Shown here: positions 1 to 12,465 of the stretch, one piece after another
Layout of the letters: every line of letters begins with the position of its first letter
How positions within the stretch are numbered: the stretch's first letter is position 1
Assembly (NCBI RefSeq): GCF_004010195.1
Contig: NC_057751.1
Coordinates: forward strand, 13,777,418 to 13,818,632
DNA length: 41,215 nucleotides
Origin: Chiloscyllium plagiosum
Lineage: Eukaryota
Reading direction: 5' to 3'
The notes under the pieces: generated by a model
Told to the model about the DNA's origin: nothing
The model's database searches: none
The model's input: only the letters and a program-made list of their open reading frames with translations
Program-made: the position numbers and the translations under genes

Positions 1-238
1 AACGTTTTCACACAGAGGGTGGTACGTGTATGGAATGAGCTGCCAGAGGATGTGGTGGAGGCTGATACAATTGCAACATTTAAAAGGCGTTTGGATGGGT
101 ATATGAATAGGAAGGGTTTGGAGGGATATGGGCCCAGGTGCTGGCAGGTGGGATTAGATTGGGTTGGGATATCTGGTCGGCATGGACGGGTTGGACCGAA
201 GGGTCTGTTTCCATGCTGTACACCTCTATGACTCTATG
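1..238 (+). mobile_element. CR1-clade LINE 3' end (HER1-like): ORF2 C-terminus and 3' UTR
   Basis: Translation VRVWNELPEDVVEADTIATFKRRLDGYMNRKG is the typical CR1 ORF2 C-terminus; ends in a ctctatga tandem tail. Confidence 0.9.
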
Positions 239-520
239 ATCCATTTAACATTGAGTTATAGATGATGTCCCTGAATCCAATAGAAGATGAAATTGCATTC
301 AATATTGAATTATACAGTGCACATCAGAGAAAACATCCATTCAGCCCATCGTGCCTGCGCTGGCTCTTTGAAAGAATTGCCCCATTATTCCCATTCTTTT
401 GCAGTATCCCCACAGATAAGCTGAAGAGATAAATAGGGGTCTTCATTACAGCAGACATTTAAGGGCTGATTTCTATCGGTGGCTTAGAAAGGGGGAAATG
501 CAAATCACCGTTTTGCTTTG

Positions 521-1455
521 AGTCATAGGGAGACATAGAGATGTACAGCATGGAATCAGACCCTTCGGTCCAACTCGTCCATGCCAACCAGATATCCCAA
601 TCCAATCTAGTCCAACCTGCCAGCACCCGGCCCCGTATCCCTCTAAACCCTACCTAATCACATACCCAGCCAGATGCCTTTTAAATGTTGTAATTGTACC
701 AGCTTTCACCATTTCCTCTGGCAGCTCATTCCATACACACACACCACTCTCTGTACGAAAATGTTGCCCCTTAGGTCCCTTTTATATCTTTCCCCTCTCA
801 CCTTAAATCTATGCCCTCTAGTTTTTGACTCCCTCACCCCAGGGAAATGATCTTGTCTATTTACCCTACCCATGCCCCTCATGATTTTATAAACCTCTTT
901 TAAGGTCACCCCTCAGCCTCCCATGCTTTAGGGAAAACAGTCCCAGCCTATTCAGCCTCTCCTTATCGGTCAAACCCTCCAACCCTGGCAACGTCCTTGT
1001 AAATCTTTCCTGAATCTTTCAAGTTTCACAACATCCTTCTGATAGAAGGAAGACCAGAATTGCACACAATATTTCAAAAGTGGCCTAACCAATGTCCTGT
1101 ACAGCCGCAACATTACCCCCAACTCTTATACTCAATGATCGATAAAGGAATGCATACCAAATGCCTTCTTCACTATCCTATCTACCTGCGACTCCACTTT
1201 CAAGGAGCTATGAACCTGCACTCCAAGGTCTCTTTGTTCAACAACACTCCCCAGGACCTTCCCATTAAGTGAATAAGTCCTGCTCTGATTTGCCTTTCCA
1301 AAATGCAGCACCTCACATTTATCTCAATTCAACTCCATCTGCCACTCCTCAGCCCATTGGCCCATCTGATCAAAATACCATTGTACTCCAAGGTAACCTT
1401 CTTCGTTGTCCACTGCACCTCCAATTTTTGTGTCATCTGCAAACTTACCAACTGT
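521..1455 (-). mobile_element. 5'-truncated CR1-clade LINE, same family as 1-238
   Basis: Minus strand encodes SKFADDTK near 1430-1450 and EVYKIMRG..SKTRGHRFKVRGERYKRDLRG; tail at ~521-540. Confidence 0.9.
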
Positions 1456-2649
1456 ACCTTTGAATTAAAAGGAATGAGTACTTTGAGTTTTGAAGACAGA
1501 CAAACTCATTCTATCTGCTTCAGTATGTGGATGAGTAGCAGTTTAATAAACTCGTGTAGAATATGAAATATAAAAGGATAATGGATCATGTGTTGGCATG
1601 AGTTGACACCATCAGCATAAGAACTATGAAAGGTTATGGGGTGGGCCCAAGACAATAGGTTAGCGTGGAGGGTGTGATGGACCATGGGGTCATATAGAAG
1701 ACATGAAGTGGCATGAGTAGAGTATAGGGTGAGGACTGATGTTTTATGTTTTGGTTTATTATTTTATGAAAAAGCAGGCCTTCCACCCATCACACATCTG
1801 CACCAAATTTCTTCCAAAGCCTTTCTGAAGCTGCCTGTCACAACTTCCAAGGAATCTGCCTTTCCTTCTCACAAATGAAAACTTAAATTCCTGTGTCATA
1901 ACAGTTTGGGGGATGTTATACTCCCAAACCATCAGATTGTGTCATTGGCTTTTCATATTGTCAATACACTAAACTCAAACATGTTTGGAGTTTTGCACTT
2001 TCTGTGGTTTAATTTAAACTGATTGGCTTAATTTGCATTTGTTTTATCTCCAGGCAACCAGCTACACTAGCTGCTCAACCACACTTTATATTGTATCTTG
2101 TTCCGAACACTTGGTGCTGTCAGGTAGTTCTGCTAGCTTTTAATGTTCTTAAAGGTACTTCTACACCTTCATAACATTAACAACAAAGGCCTCTATTTAC
2201 TAGACCAAATAGACCACCTATCCCTCTAACTATGTCCAAATCCAGGGCACTAAGATTGGAATCAATTGCCTGGCCTCTTTCTACCAGGGATTGACCCCAT
2301 TCATCCTTTGAATGGATTGGTCCATCCAGGGGTCCATCTGGGAAACTATAATTTGTTCTCCACAGCAAGCAGTGGAACTCCTACTTATGTCGAAGTTCCT
2401 CATCTCCTACCAAAGGCATTCACCACCCTCAAATCTGACCACTGAGCTATGTTCAAATCTCACTCTAAGTATTGCTACTTATCCTTTCACAAAGATTGTT
2501 CATGAAAACAGTGGAATACTCGTGTCCAGGAAGTGTTTATCTGAGTTTGCAGTCAAACCATAGTGACGAGAGACAGGAAGGTCAGGTTGTGCAGTACCTG
2601 ATGTGAGAATATTTGATGGTGATACTTTGTCAATAATACCCCAGTCTTG

Positions 2650-3100
2650 CATTTACTTTCCTTGATGAACAGAACAGTCTTCAAAGAAAAATAAGAAATG
2701 TCAAATTTTTGAAAAACATGTTGGTTGAAATAGAACAATACCAGAGGGGATTAACATTCTGTATGTGCCTAGGTTTGCAAAAGGCGCTCAGTAAAACTGC
2801 ACAGGATGAGCTGGAGGTGGAGTTCTGTGGATTTCAAATCAGCACGGATAAAATAAGATATTCTTCTTAAGATAGATAACAGAAAATGCAATCTACTATA
2901 CAAGAAAAAGATATATCTAAGAGTCACAAATTGGAAGAATGTTCCGGTGCAATGCCTTGCAATCAAACGTTACTGTTTTAATCCAAACAGAATGGAAAAT
3001 AGATGAGAAACTAGATTAAGCATCGTCTGGAATGTGAGCAGAGCTGTTGCATTTAAAGAATATTCAAATATTGGTCATGTCAGAGAGCATTGTCTGTATG
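2650..3100 (+). mobile_element. Old, degenerate CR1 RT fragment
   Basis: Frameshifted resemblance to YLDFQKAFDKV (ctaggtttgcaaaaggcgctcagtaaa) and to the W..V.SGVP region; boundaries approximate. Confidence 0.4.
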
Positions 3101-3364
3101 TGGCCCGTAAAGAATGAAAAGAGTGGGAAAAATAAGCTGGAGGTTGTCAGTCAATGAACGTGCTGGGCAGCTAGCCACAGCACAACATGGAAATCAGCTT
3201 GAATTGGCCACGAATATATCACTGAAGACTGTGCTGCTTAGAGGACTGACAGAGAGTTAAGACAGGATTGTATTATCCTGGACAGTAAGTGACAGTCAGG
3301 TTAGCTTGGGTAAAGACAGCAAGGGTACAAGGAGGTCATGCATTTGGTTGTTGTTTACAGTTTT

Positions 3365-3940
3365 AAAAAATCTTTCATAGCATGTAGGTTGAAATAACTT
3401 CACCGAGGCCGGTATCCTGTCACCAAGTCGCCCTTTATTAACAGATGGAAAGTCCTTGACACTGATCCAGCTCCCTCAGAGCCAGCTCTCAGAGTGAACA
3501 GGACATCTGACACTCCTGTTTAAATCTGTCAGCCAGGCTCCCTGTTTGGGAATCAGGGAACTCATATTCTAGGGGATCCACCTCGCTGACCTCATTACAA
3601 TCGCTACATGGGTGTGGCTGCTAAGGCCAGCATTGGTTCTCCATTCACAATTGTCTTTGAACCGAGTGGCTTCATGGGCCATTTCAGAAGGCAGTATCAA
3701 AGTGCTGAAATCGTGTGCAGGAAAATTTCTCTTTTGGAAAGGGCATTAGTTAACCAGATAAGTTTTCATTTCCATTTGATAGTTTTGTAGGATCGTGGTG
3801 AAGGCAAGCTTTCTCGTTCAGATTTGTGTTAATTAATGACATTTAAGTTTTACAAGCTGCTGTAGTGGAATTTGAACCCATATTCCAGGTTAACGGGTTT
3901 GGTTTCTAGCTTACTAGTCCAGTGACATTATCACTGTCCG
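3365..3940 (-). mobile_element. tRNA-derived SINE interrupted by a solo LTR
   Basis: Minus-strand head with A-box-like (cagtgataatgtcactggactag) and B-box-like (gggttcaaattcc) motifs at ~3865-3938; body resumes on both sides of the 3390-3608 insertion. Confidence 0.55.
3390..3608 (-). mobile_element. Solo LTR of the Gypsy family at 24023-30010
   Basis: TG...CA termini (minus strand tgtagcg...gttatttca), AATAAA on minus strand, near TSD taggt/tgggt, homology to 24023-24226, 29408-30010 and 40576-40807. Confidence 0.8.
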
Positions 3941-4039
3941 TCTCTTCACTGCAGATTGGTTACGCCAAAGTAAATAATTTTCAATGTCAGGGAGAGCACT
4001 TCAAAAAAAGTGTAAATAGAAGACAATAGTTGAAAAACT

Positions 4040-4248
4040 GGGGTCCAGATTAGCGTGGTACTGGAAAAGCACATCAGGTCAGGCAGCATCCGAGGAGCAG
4101 GAAAATCGACATTTCGGGCAGGAGCCCTTCATTAGGAAGGGTCGATTTTCCTGCTTCTCGGATGCTGCTTGGCTTGCTGTGCTTTTCCAGCGCCACTCTA
4201 ACCTAGACTCTGATTTCCAGCATCTGCAGTCCTCACTTTTGCCTTTTG
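4040..4248. mobile_element. Short non-coding fold-back Penelope-like element
   Basis: Inverted arms ~4048-4110 / 4141-4203; TSD aatagttgaaaaact (4025-4039) / aataattgaaaaact (4249-4263); homologous to the terminus of the Penelope-like element at 38210-38748. Confidence 0.75.
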
Positions 4249-5118
4249 AATAATTGAAAAACTACCTGTCTTATATGTTCTCACAGGGACCTGACTGATT
4301 TAATCCAACCATAATACACAACAGACCAGCCAGCAAATTTGTTTCTGTACAAGGATTTTTGCTGATACAAAAGGCTGTAAAGACCAGATTACACAGTCAA
4401 TAGCAAAACAACAGTGCTTAAATGATCTCTGTGATTTTGGATTTCCTCTTTTCTAATGTCGCTCTGGATCCCAGTGCCAGGTCAAGGAGCTCTCCAGGTG
4501 TCCAGCAACAATTGGTGTGACCAGGCAAGGTGAGCTGCCAATTGTATTGGACTGTTCTCGTGGACAGCAAACTAGGAAGGAAAATGCAATGAATTGTTCA
4601 CATTTTTATTAAAACTTTACAGGCACTATACGAAATGACTGGGTTTAAGTCAAAGCTGAAATATATAATATTTATGCTTGTTATAAAGTGTTTTTTTTCA
4701 AACAATATCACAATGAATACATTTTTTATTCTTCAAATATAAGTTAGTTTTTTTGGGACAGTGAAATGTTCAACAGTAATTATGAACATAATAAGGTATC
4801 AACACTTACTTACAAAGTAAGTGTTCATTTAACAAAGTGTAACATTCCCAAGGTGTTTAAAAACAAGATAAATAGTATAAGAGGCTGGGTTAATCAATTC
4901 AGTGATTTCCACTTGACTTTAATCTGTGTAGACTTAAACAACACACTCCCCCGGACTCGGCAAGATGGTGGCAATTCTGTAGAACCGCCGTGGGTGGCTC
5001 TGCCGAACAGCCAAGGTATATTGGTGTTTTTTGCCATCCCTGGCCAACTTATGTGGAGGACTTATTAAGTTTAAAACCTTATAGAACACATATTTGTTAA
5101 TGTTCGGGAGTGGGAGGG

Positions 5119-5959
5119 ATGCCAAAAGGAAAAGGAGTGAGCAAACAGCAGCAGGGAGGACATTCCCCTGCAGCACCAGGCACACCAGAGACAACAGCAG
5201 CAGCCTCTCTCAAACCCTGGGGGACTTCATGGATTCACAGGAATTGGCGTCAACGATGGCGAGACTTACTGCGAAGTTTGGGGATGTGATTGAGGAAATC
5301 CGTGCGCAGGTCCAACGCATCGCGTCCATCCTGTAGAAGCATGAATGGGAGCTCCAGGCCCTTGGGGAGCAGATGGAGGAGGTGGAGGGTCAAATCACGG
5401 CCTCTGAAACGGCGATCGAGTCCTCATCTGGATGAATCCAGGTACCGGAGCAGGAAGTGGGGATCTTACGAGACCAGGTCGACAACCTCGAAAATCGAGG
5501 TCGGAGGTCGAATCTTTGGATTGTCGGGCTCCTGGAGGGTGAAGAAGGTGGGCAGCCAGTCTGCTTCTTTGAAAACTGGCTGCCGCAGTTCCTGGGCCTT
5601 CAAATCGAATCCAGACGGCTGCATATCGAAAGGGCCTATCGTGTGGCATTGCGCAGGTCCAGGACGGTACAGCATCCCAACCCGGTCCTAATGCATAGTG
5701 ATAGAAGCCTCCAGATCACTAGGAAAAAGATCCACAGGCAATGCTGCACAAGGGGTCAAAAATTATGTTTTTGTAGGATTTCTCGGCAGCTGTAATTTGA
5801 AAGAGGAAGTCCTTTGATGAAGTTAAAAAGAGGCTGAGGAACCTGGGCATCCAGTACTCTGTGAGGTACCCCGCAGTGCTCTGTTTCAGCACGAGGACTC
5901 AGTTTATATGTTTCACTCAGTGGATAAAGCCAAGAACTTTGTAGGCACTTTAAAATAGA
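5119..5959 (+). pseudogene. L1 ORF1 remnant (coiled-coil + RRM/CTD), frameshifted
   Basis: ATG at 5119; motifs DNLENRGRRSNLWIVGLLEGEEG and IERAYRV; in-frame stops and frameshifts. Confidence 0.85.
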
Positions 5960-6560
5960 TTGATTAGTCTGAAGAATATGGTTAATGTTCATTCTCTTTT
6001 CCTCCTTTCCCTGTATTTTCCCTCCCCTCAATTTTTTTCTCTCTTTCTCTTTCCAAAATAATTTTTAAAAAAATCTTGGAATATGTTGTTCCTATTATAT
6101 TTTTGTAACTGGACTTTATCATGGGAAATTTTGTGGGTGTCCTTTGTTGCATCCCTTTATTTGTTCTCTTTCTCTTTTAGTCACAACTCGGGATGACATG
6201 GAGGCAGAGATGGGTGGAGTGCTTATCCTGACTTTGTCTTCTTTTGTTGACTGAAGGATCATCTACTTGTTTATTTACTTTTTTCTTGCATCAGGCTGGG
6301 GCACAGTCCAGGCCCGAAGGAGCTGTGCTGGAAGGGATGGGTAGGGTGAGTGCCCCCTATGGGAAGAGTGGAGAATCTTCTGTTCAAGGTTTTATAGTTG
6401 GTTTTCTTTGCAGTTTTTTGGGAGCAATAGTTGTTTGTAGTTATGATAGAATAGTTTTTGTATACATAATTCTATGACTCTGAGTCTTTATTCACTTGTG
6501 CTCAGCACATTGTAAGCAGGGTTCTCCCTACCAGGGGTTCAAGGGTCTCTGAAAGGGGAT

Positions 6561-9500
6561 ATGGCTAAGTGTCTTGTTAAATGGTGTACCTGGAACATCA
6601 AGGGAAGTCATTCACCCATTAAAAGGATAAAGGTGCTTTGTAGCCTTAAGAGAGAAAGGGTTGAGAACACCCTGTTGTAGGAAACCCATCTTGACAATGG
6701 GGAACACCTGAGGTTACAACAGGGGGGTTATGACCGTGTATTCTTTTCATCCTTTACTATTAAAAGTAAGGGAGTGGCAGTACTTATCCAGAAAAATCTC
6801 TCATTCACATTATTAGAGCAAGTGAAAGATGAGCAGGGGTGGATTGTGATACTTAAAGCCCTGATATATAAGGCGGTATATGGCAATTTAAATGTCTACT
6901 GTCCTCTGACGCATCCCTCAACTTTTTAATTAGTGCCTTCTCTAATCTGAGTGCCTTTGGAACACGACACATTATTATGGCGGGGGAGGAATTTCAATTG
7001 CCTTTGGATCTGACAGTGGACAGGATGTCTAGTGGGCTCCAACTATCTCTTCACAGGCCAAGCAGGTGGCTGACTTATGCGAGGAGTTGGGGCCGGTGGA
7101 CATTTGGAGATGTCTTCACCCTACTGGCAGGGACTTCACCTTTCTTTCAAACCCACATAAATGTGGGTTGAACACAAGGATTGAACTTTTTCTGGCTCCC
7201 TTAACCCTTCTGGATTCGATTATGGGTTGTAAAATCGGGAACATAACTATCTCTGATCACACGGTAGTGTATTTGGAGGTTAAGGCCTAGAGTTCTTGAC
7301 GATCAACTCAGGCACGGCTTGTAGTCCATCTATGCTATGGGAGACCGCTAAGACCTCTGCTAGGGGATTAGCTATTTCTTATTCGGCTAGCAGGAAATGA
7401 CAGAAGGAGGAACAGCAGCGTCTACCTGAGACATAGTTGAAAGCCGCTGAGGCAGCACATTTTGCGCGGCCTTCAGTGACCAAGCTACAATGGATCACGG
7501 CCCTCCGGGCTGCCTTGAATTCAGTATTTACACAAGCCACAAAGAAAGAACTTGCTTTTGCTAGACAAAGGCTGCTCGAGTATAGGGATAGGCCTGTGAA
7601 GTATTTAGCGTATCTGACTAGGAAAAAGCACGCTCCCCAATTCATTACTGCAGTTAGAGACTGCACCAGGTCCTTACAGACGATCCCAAAAGATTAATGA
7701 GGCTTTTCGGAGTTTTTACTCTAAATTGTATCGGTCTGAAAGTTGTGAGGAAAGGAGGGCCAAGATGGAAGCCTTTTTTAAGAATCTGGACTTTCCAGGG
7801 GTAACCTTAGAACAGGCCTCTCTCTTTAATGCCCCCTTGACAGTTCAGGAAATACAGGAGGCAGCTAGGCAACTTCAGAGGGGTAAGTGTCTGGTCTTGA
7901 TGGTGTCCCGGGTAAGTTTTATAAGGAGTTATAGGAATTCTGTCAGGGCTGATGCTGGAAATGTAGAATCACTCCTATATGCATGAATGCCTCCCACCAT
8001 CTTTGAGAGAAGCTAATATTTCCCTCATTCTTAAGGAGGGGAAGGTTCCTGAGGATTGTGCTTCATACAGGCTCTTCTCTCTATTAAATTCAGATTTCAA
8101 GATTCTGTCTAAGATTTTGGGGCTGAGATTGGAGAAGGTGCTGCCCCATATTGTCAAAGAGGACCAGACAGGTTTTATAAGGGGCCGTAGGTCCTCTAAT
8201 AATATTAGAAGGTTGTTGAATATGATCCAAGCATGTCAGCAACGATCGATCCAGGGGTTGGTGATCTCCTTAGATGGAGAGAAAGCATTTGACTGGGTGG
8301 AATGGCCATATCTCTTTTATGCCTTAGAACGGTTTGGGTTGGGTGGGGTCTTTGCTAGGTGTATGGAGGTTTTATATCACCACCCTCTGGCCATGGTCAT
8401 CACCAACAGAGTGAAATCTGGGAAATTTACGATTGACGGGGTAGTCGTCAAGGCTGCCCCCTCTCACCATTGTTGCTTACATTGGTGATAGAGCCGCTGG
8501 CAGAGGTCTTTCGTCACAGCGTCTACATAGCCGCTCCGGAAGTGGGATCAAGGGTATACAAGATTACACTGTATGCGGATGATGTCCTTCTGTTTTTATC
8601 GGATCCGATGGCCTCCGTACCCCATCTGATACAGAGATTTAATTCATTTGGGGCTATTTCAGAATATAAGATCAATTTTGCAAAATGGAAGGCCATACAT
8701 TTGGGGAACCTCAAGGAAGTGTCAGAGATTGAAGGTGGCCCAAGGTTCCCCTTTAAGTGGTCATGGGCAGGTTTCCAATACCTAGGGATCTTTATTACGC
8801 CCCCGCCCCCACTTTCGATTGGTTATTTCAGACTAATTTTGCTCACCTGCTCGACAATATTAGCCGGGATCTCCTGGGATGGGAGGCTCTTCCAATTTTG
8901 TGGTTTGGCAAATAGTCTTTATTAAGATGAATGTCCTTCCTCGTTTGCTTTATCCCATGCGTATGCCCCCTATAATGTTTCCCAGGTCAACGTGCAGAAA
9001 CTTATGGGTTAGTTTAGTTCCTTTGTCTGGCATCGTGGTGGTCCTTCATCAAATTTACTAAACTGCAGTTGCCTCAAGGAGGGGGAGAAGTTGATTTCCC
9101 AGACATCGGGAGGTATCAATTGAGTTCCATGCTGTCTTTTGTGTGTGATTGGGCAGGTAATGATCTAGGCTCAATATGGCTGGATATCGAAGCCTCCCAG
9201 GCAAAGTGCCGTCTTATTAACCTGTTGTTCATGGATAAGATGAGGACAGTTATGGACCACTGCCGGAACCCCATTGTTATTAGTACGGTCAAGGCGTGGA
9301 AGACGATGCGTCAGACTGAGGTTTGCTTATCCAAGATTTCGCCACTCACTCCCACAGTTGGTATGCCGGGGCTCCGACCAGGGATGATGGACTCAGGGTT
9401 CAAACTATGGGCAGCAAGAGGAGTTTCCAGTTTGGGAGACTTGTTTGAGGGGGAGGTTATGATGTCTTTCAAGCAACTGAGCCGCAAGTCCGGGCTGCTC

Positions 9501-10257
9501 AGCAGAGATCTTTTCCGTTTTTATCAGGCTATGGATTTCATCCAGAAGAAGACTACGCTTCTCACTAAGCCCTATAAGCCCGATACAGAGAGGTTGTTGC
9601 TACATTCCACAAGCACCCTCTCGGTTAATGCCTTCTGTTGCATGCTGGGTGGCTGGGCCTGGCAGGATATTAACCGGTTATGTGAGGTTTGGGAGCAAGA
9701 GCTCAGAGTGGAGATCTCTTCTGAAACGTGGGAGGACATAAGGGAGGACGTGTGAAAGATCTCAATCTATAATACGACACACACTGTGCATTTAAAATTC
9801 TGCACAGGCTGTCAGGCGAAGGTTAAAATGGGGCATCTTCAATCAGCCCCAAATGTAAAATAAGTCTTGGTACTCTTACCCATTGCTTCTGGAAATGACA
9901 CAGGCTCCGTGTTTATTGGAGCGCTGTGGTGAGAGGGATAGGAAGAGTATTGAGGACTGATGGTAAAGTAGACCCGATATAGCTCCTCCCAGGTCTACTG
10001 AATTCACCAACTTGAGATGGGCATGGGAAGAAACTATTCTTACTTACTGTGCACAGAAGAATATTCTGATGAACTGGGTGTCTGAGAATCCACCGAGCTT
10101 GCTGGGATGGTGGAAATTAATTATGGAGCACATTCCCTTGGATTTTTTTACAAACATGGTGCACCACACAATAGACCTTTTTTATAAGACATGGCAGCCA
10201 TTTTTAAGTTATTTGCATACGGATTTGTCTGCTACCTTAACTAGGGTGTTTGTTTAA
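6561..10257 (+). pseudogene. L1 ORF2 remnant (APE endonuclease + reverse transcriptase), disrupted
   Basis: MAKCLVKWCTWNIKG start, ISDH EN motif, YRLFSLLNSDFKILSK, DQTGFIRGR, SLDGEKAFD, LYADD at ~8569-8583; multiple stops and frameshifts. Confidence 0.92.
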
Positions 10258-10692
10258 CCAGGACGGTTAGGTTTGTTGAGACCTGAGCCCTGGAGGGGGG
10301 ACTCCTGAGTTAATACGGGTATATATACAACACTCCATTGTCATTTTGTGTTTTTGTGTGTTCTTTTTGGGTTTTTTTGTTTTATTAGTCACTTACTTAT
10401 TTATTGGTGTTGTTTTGCACAGTGTTAGGTTTTGTTTTGCATTATAGGGTAAGTTAGTAGACAGCAATTGTATAGTAATTTGCGTCTTTCTCTATAATGC
10501 TGGTATTTGTTATTTATTATATTTTCAATAACTTTACATTCTTGTTGCTTCAAAACTTGTTTTTTCCTTGCTAATAAATATATCTACAAACCAAAAAACA
10601 CAGCACACTCCCTGGGAAAACATCCATGTGTTCCTACCAAGCTCTTTCTTAAAGCAAGACTTAGTCTGATACACCCCACTGACAATAAAGGG

Positions 10693-10728
10693 TATCAATA
10701 TTATAAAGCATATCAATATTATAAAGCA
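10693..10728 (+). repeat. 18-bp tandem duplication (tatcaatattataaagca x2)
   Basis: Directly visible exact repeat. Confidence 0.85.
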
Positions 10729-10749
10729 TAGACAATGCTCCACAAAATT

Positions 10750-11900
10750 CCATTTGGCTGTTTTGTTGGCAGAATAGCCGCTAAAAGATCCTGAAGTTGT
10801 TTGAGAGAATATGACCAGAATTCCACCAAATCAGGATTTTTGTGGGCAGGGAAAACATCGAATATCAGAATTGTCATCACTTTTGCCTTAATACTCTTCG
10901 CTGGTAAGTGATTACAGCCTTTTAAAAAAACATTTGTAGCATACATACAGGCTCTCATTCGATGAGATTTTTCTGGCAGCTTCTGATAGCAGAATTGGAG
11001 GACTTTCCAGGGTAGATATGTCTCATTCCATCCCATTTTGTAGTCCTACCTGGCCACTGTGCCTGCCAAAGTCACGTGCTCTTTGTTATCTCTTGTATGA
11101 CAGTCATCTTTAGGAAAATGCTGAGCACAGATAAACTTCTCATTATCATTTAAGTGATCCACACTGAAATACAAAATTCAAAAAATCAAACTCCTGCTAT
11201 CCTTTCACATTTTTGAGTTTCATTGAACCAAACAACCTCAATTCAGTTCACATGTGCAGAATTCCAATGGTTTAATTTATCCTGGCATTTTTCATGATTA
11301 AAAATTCCTTCTTCCAATGTTTTTACTAATTATCTGTTCTTATGCTTGTCACATCCCAACTTTATTCAATTCGCTGCACATTTCCTTTAAGACTGTTATA
11401 CAAATGTAATTAACTTCAAGATGTACGAGTTTTTCTTCAGGTTTTGGTTACACTGAGCAGCTGAGTGAATGATTAACTGGGCTGTGCACAATGATCTACA
11501 AATTAGTAACTTCAATCTGCTGTTTATAGAAATCCTGATCCAAACACAACTTTTCTTGGCAAGCTGCCTTGTGCACTTATCAAGATACAATGATGCCTAC
11601 AATTGCAAATCAAATCATGGATCACAGAGTGAAATCAAACCTACTGTGCAGCATCTACTGCCAAGGTTGGTATCAGCTACCTCCTCAGTGCTTTCAACAA
11701 AGTAGTGGGCAAACAGTTCCTGCTCACATACTTCTAATTCACACATAACGGCAACGGAAGGTTCAAGCAAGGATGACATGCAATAGGGCGACATGGTGCA
11801 CAAAAACACAATTTCAGAGTATTTTGGAGGTAAATTATCAACTGCAGCCCAGTACTTGCCCCATGGGGAGGGAGGTGAAATGCAAGTCTCAAGAGAATGT
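10750..11900 (+). mobile_element. Possible ancient LINE RT fossil
   Basis: Colinear weak matches: INFSLSF (cf. LDFSKAF), RIPMV*FILAFFMIKN (cf. GVPQG..LFLIMIND), INWAVHNDLQIS, LLPRLVSATSSV (cf. IRPVLEYA.PVW); very degenerate. Confidence 0.3.
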
Positions 11901-12150
11901 AGGGCCTGCTTTGATGATGCACTGAACAGTTGGCTGTTGAATGGCCTTTGACAGAAGCTGAGCAGTAGGCTGCTCGTTTACCTTCTTGGTGAAACCGTGC
12001 ATTTGGTAAGAGAGAGAGAGAGAAAGAAGAATACAATGTAACTATGTTAACCTGTGATGTTAATGTCTTCCTCAAACACAAATTGGAATGAGGAAGGTCA
12101 AGCACAAAACAAAGACATAACATGATGACACACTGTAGAGGCAAATTGCA

Positions 12151-12465
12151 GGGCAGCACGGTGACTCAGTGGTTAGCACTTGTGGCTCCCAGCACCAGGG
12201 TCCCAGGTTCGATTCCAGCCTTGGGTGACTATCTGTGTGGAGTTTGCATATTCTCCCTGTGTCTGCGTGGGTTTCCTCCAGGTACTCTGGCTTCCTCCCA
12301 CAGTCCAAAGATGTGCAAGTGGGTGAATTAGCCATGCTAAATTGCCCATAGTGATAGGTGCATTGGTCAGAGGGAAATGGGACTGGGTGGGTTTCTCTTC
12401 GGAGGGTTGGTGTGGATTGGTTGGGCCAAAGGGCCTGTTTCAAACTATAGGGAATCTAATCTAAT
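12151..12465 (+). mobile_element. HE1-like V-SINE
   Basis: tRNA-like A/B boxes (ggtgactcagtgg; ggttcgattcc), V-domain tgtgtggagtttgcatattctccctgtgtctgcgtgggtttcc, CR1-like 3' end, (atcta)n tail. Confidence 0.9.

Larger units (their letters stand above)
4951..10597 (+). mobile_element. Near full-length, inactivated L1-clade LINE
   Basis: 5' caagatgg start, ORF1 and ORF2 remnants, T-rich 3' UTR, AATAAA at ~10573, A-rich tail, TSD aaacaacacactccc (4936-4950) / acacagcacactccc (10598-10612), 13/15 identical. Confidence 0.92.

Noticed and set aside
10719..11036. ORF with ILIFDVFPAH resembling the pogo/Tigger LLILDNAPAH motif
   Set aside because: Single short motif, no TIRs or TA TSD seen, and the opposite strand gives more colinear LINE RT-like traces
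12151..12225. tRNA-like A/B box region (also at 27056)
   Set aside because: It is the tRNA-derived head of a V-SINE, not a tRNA gene
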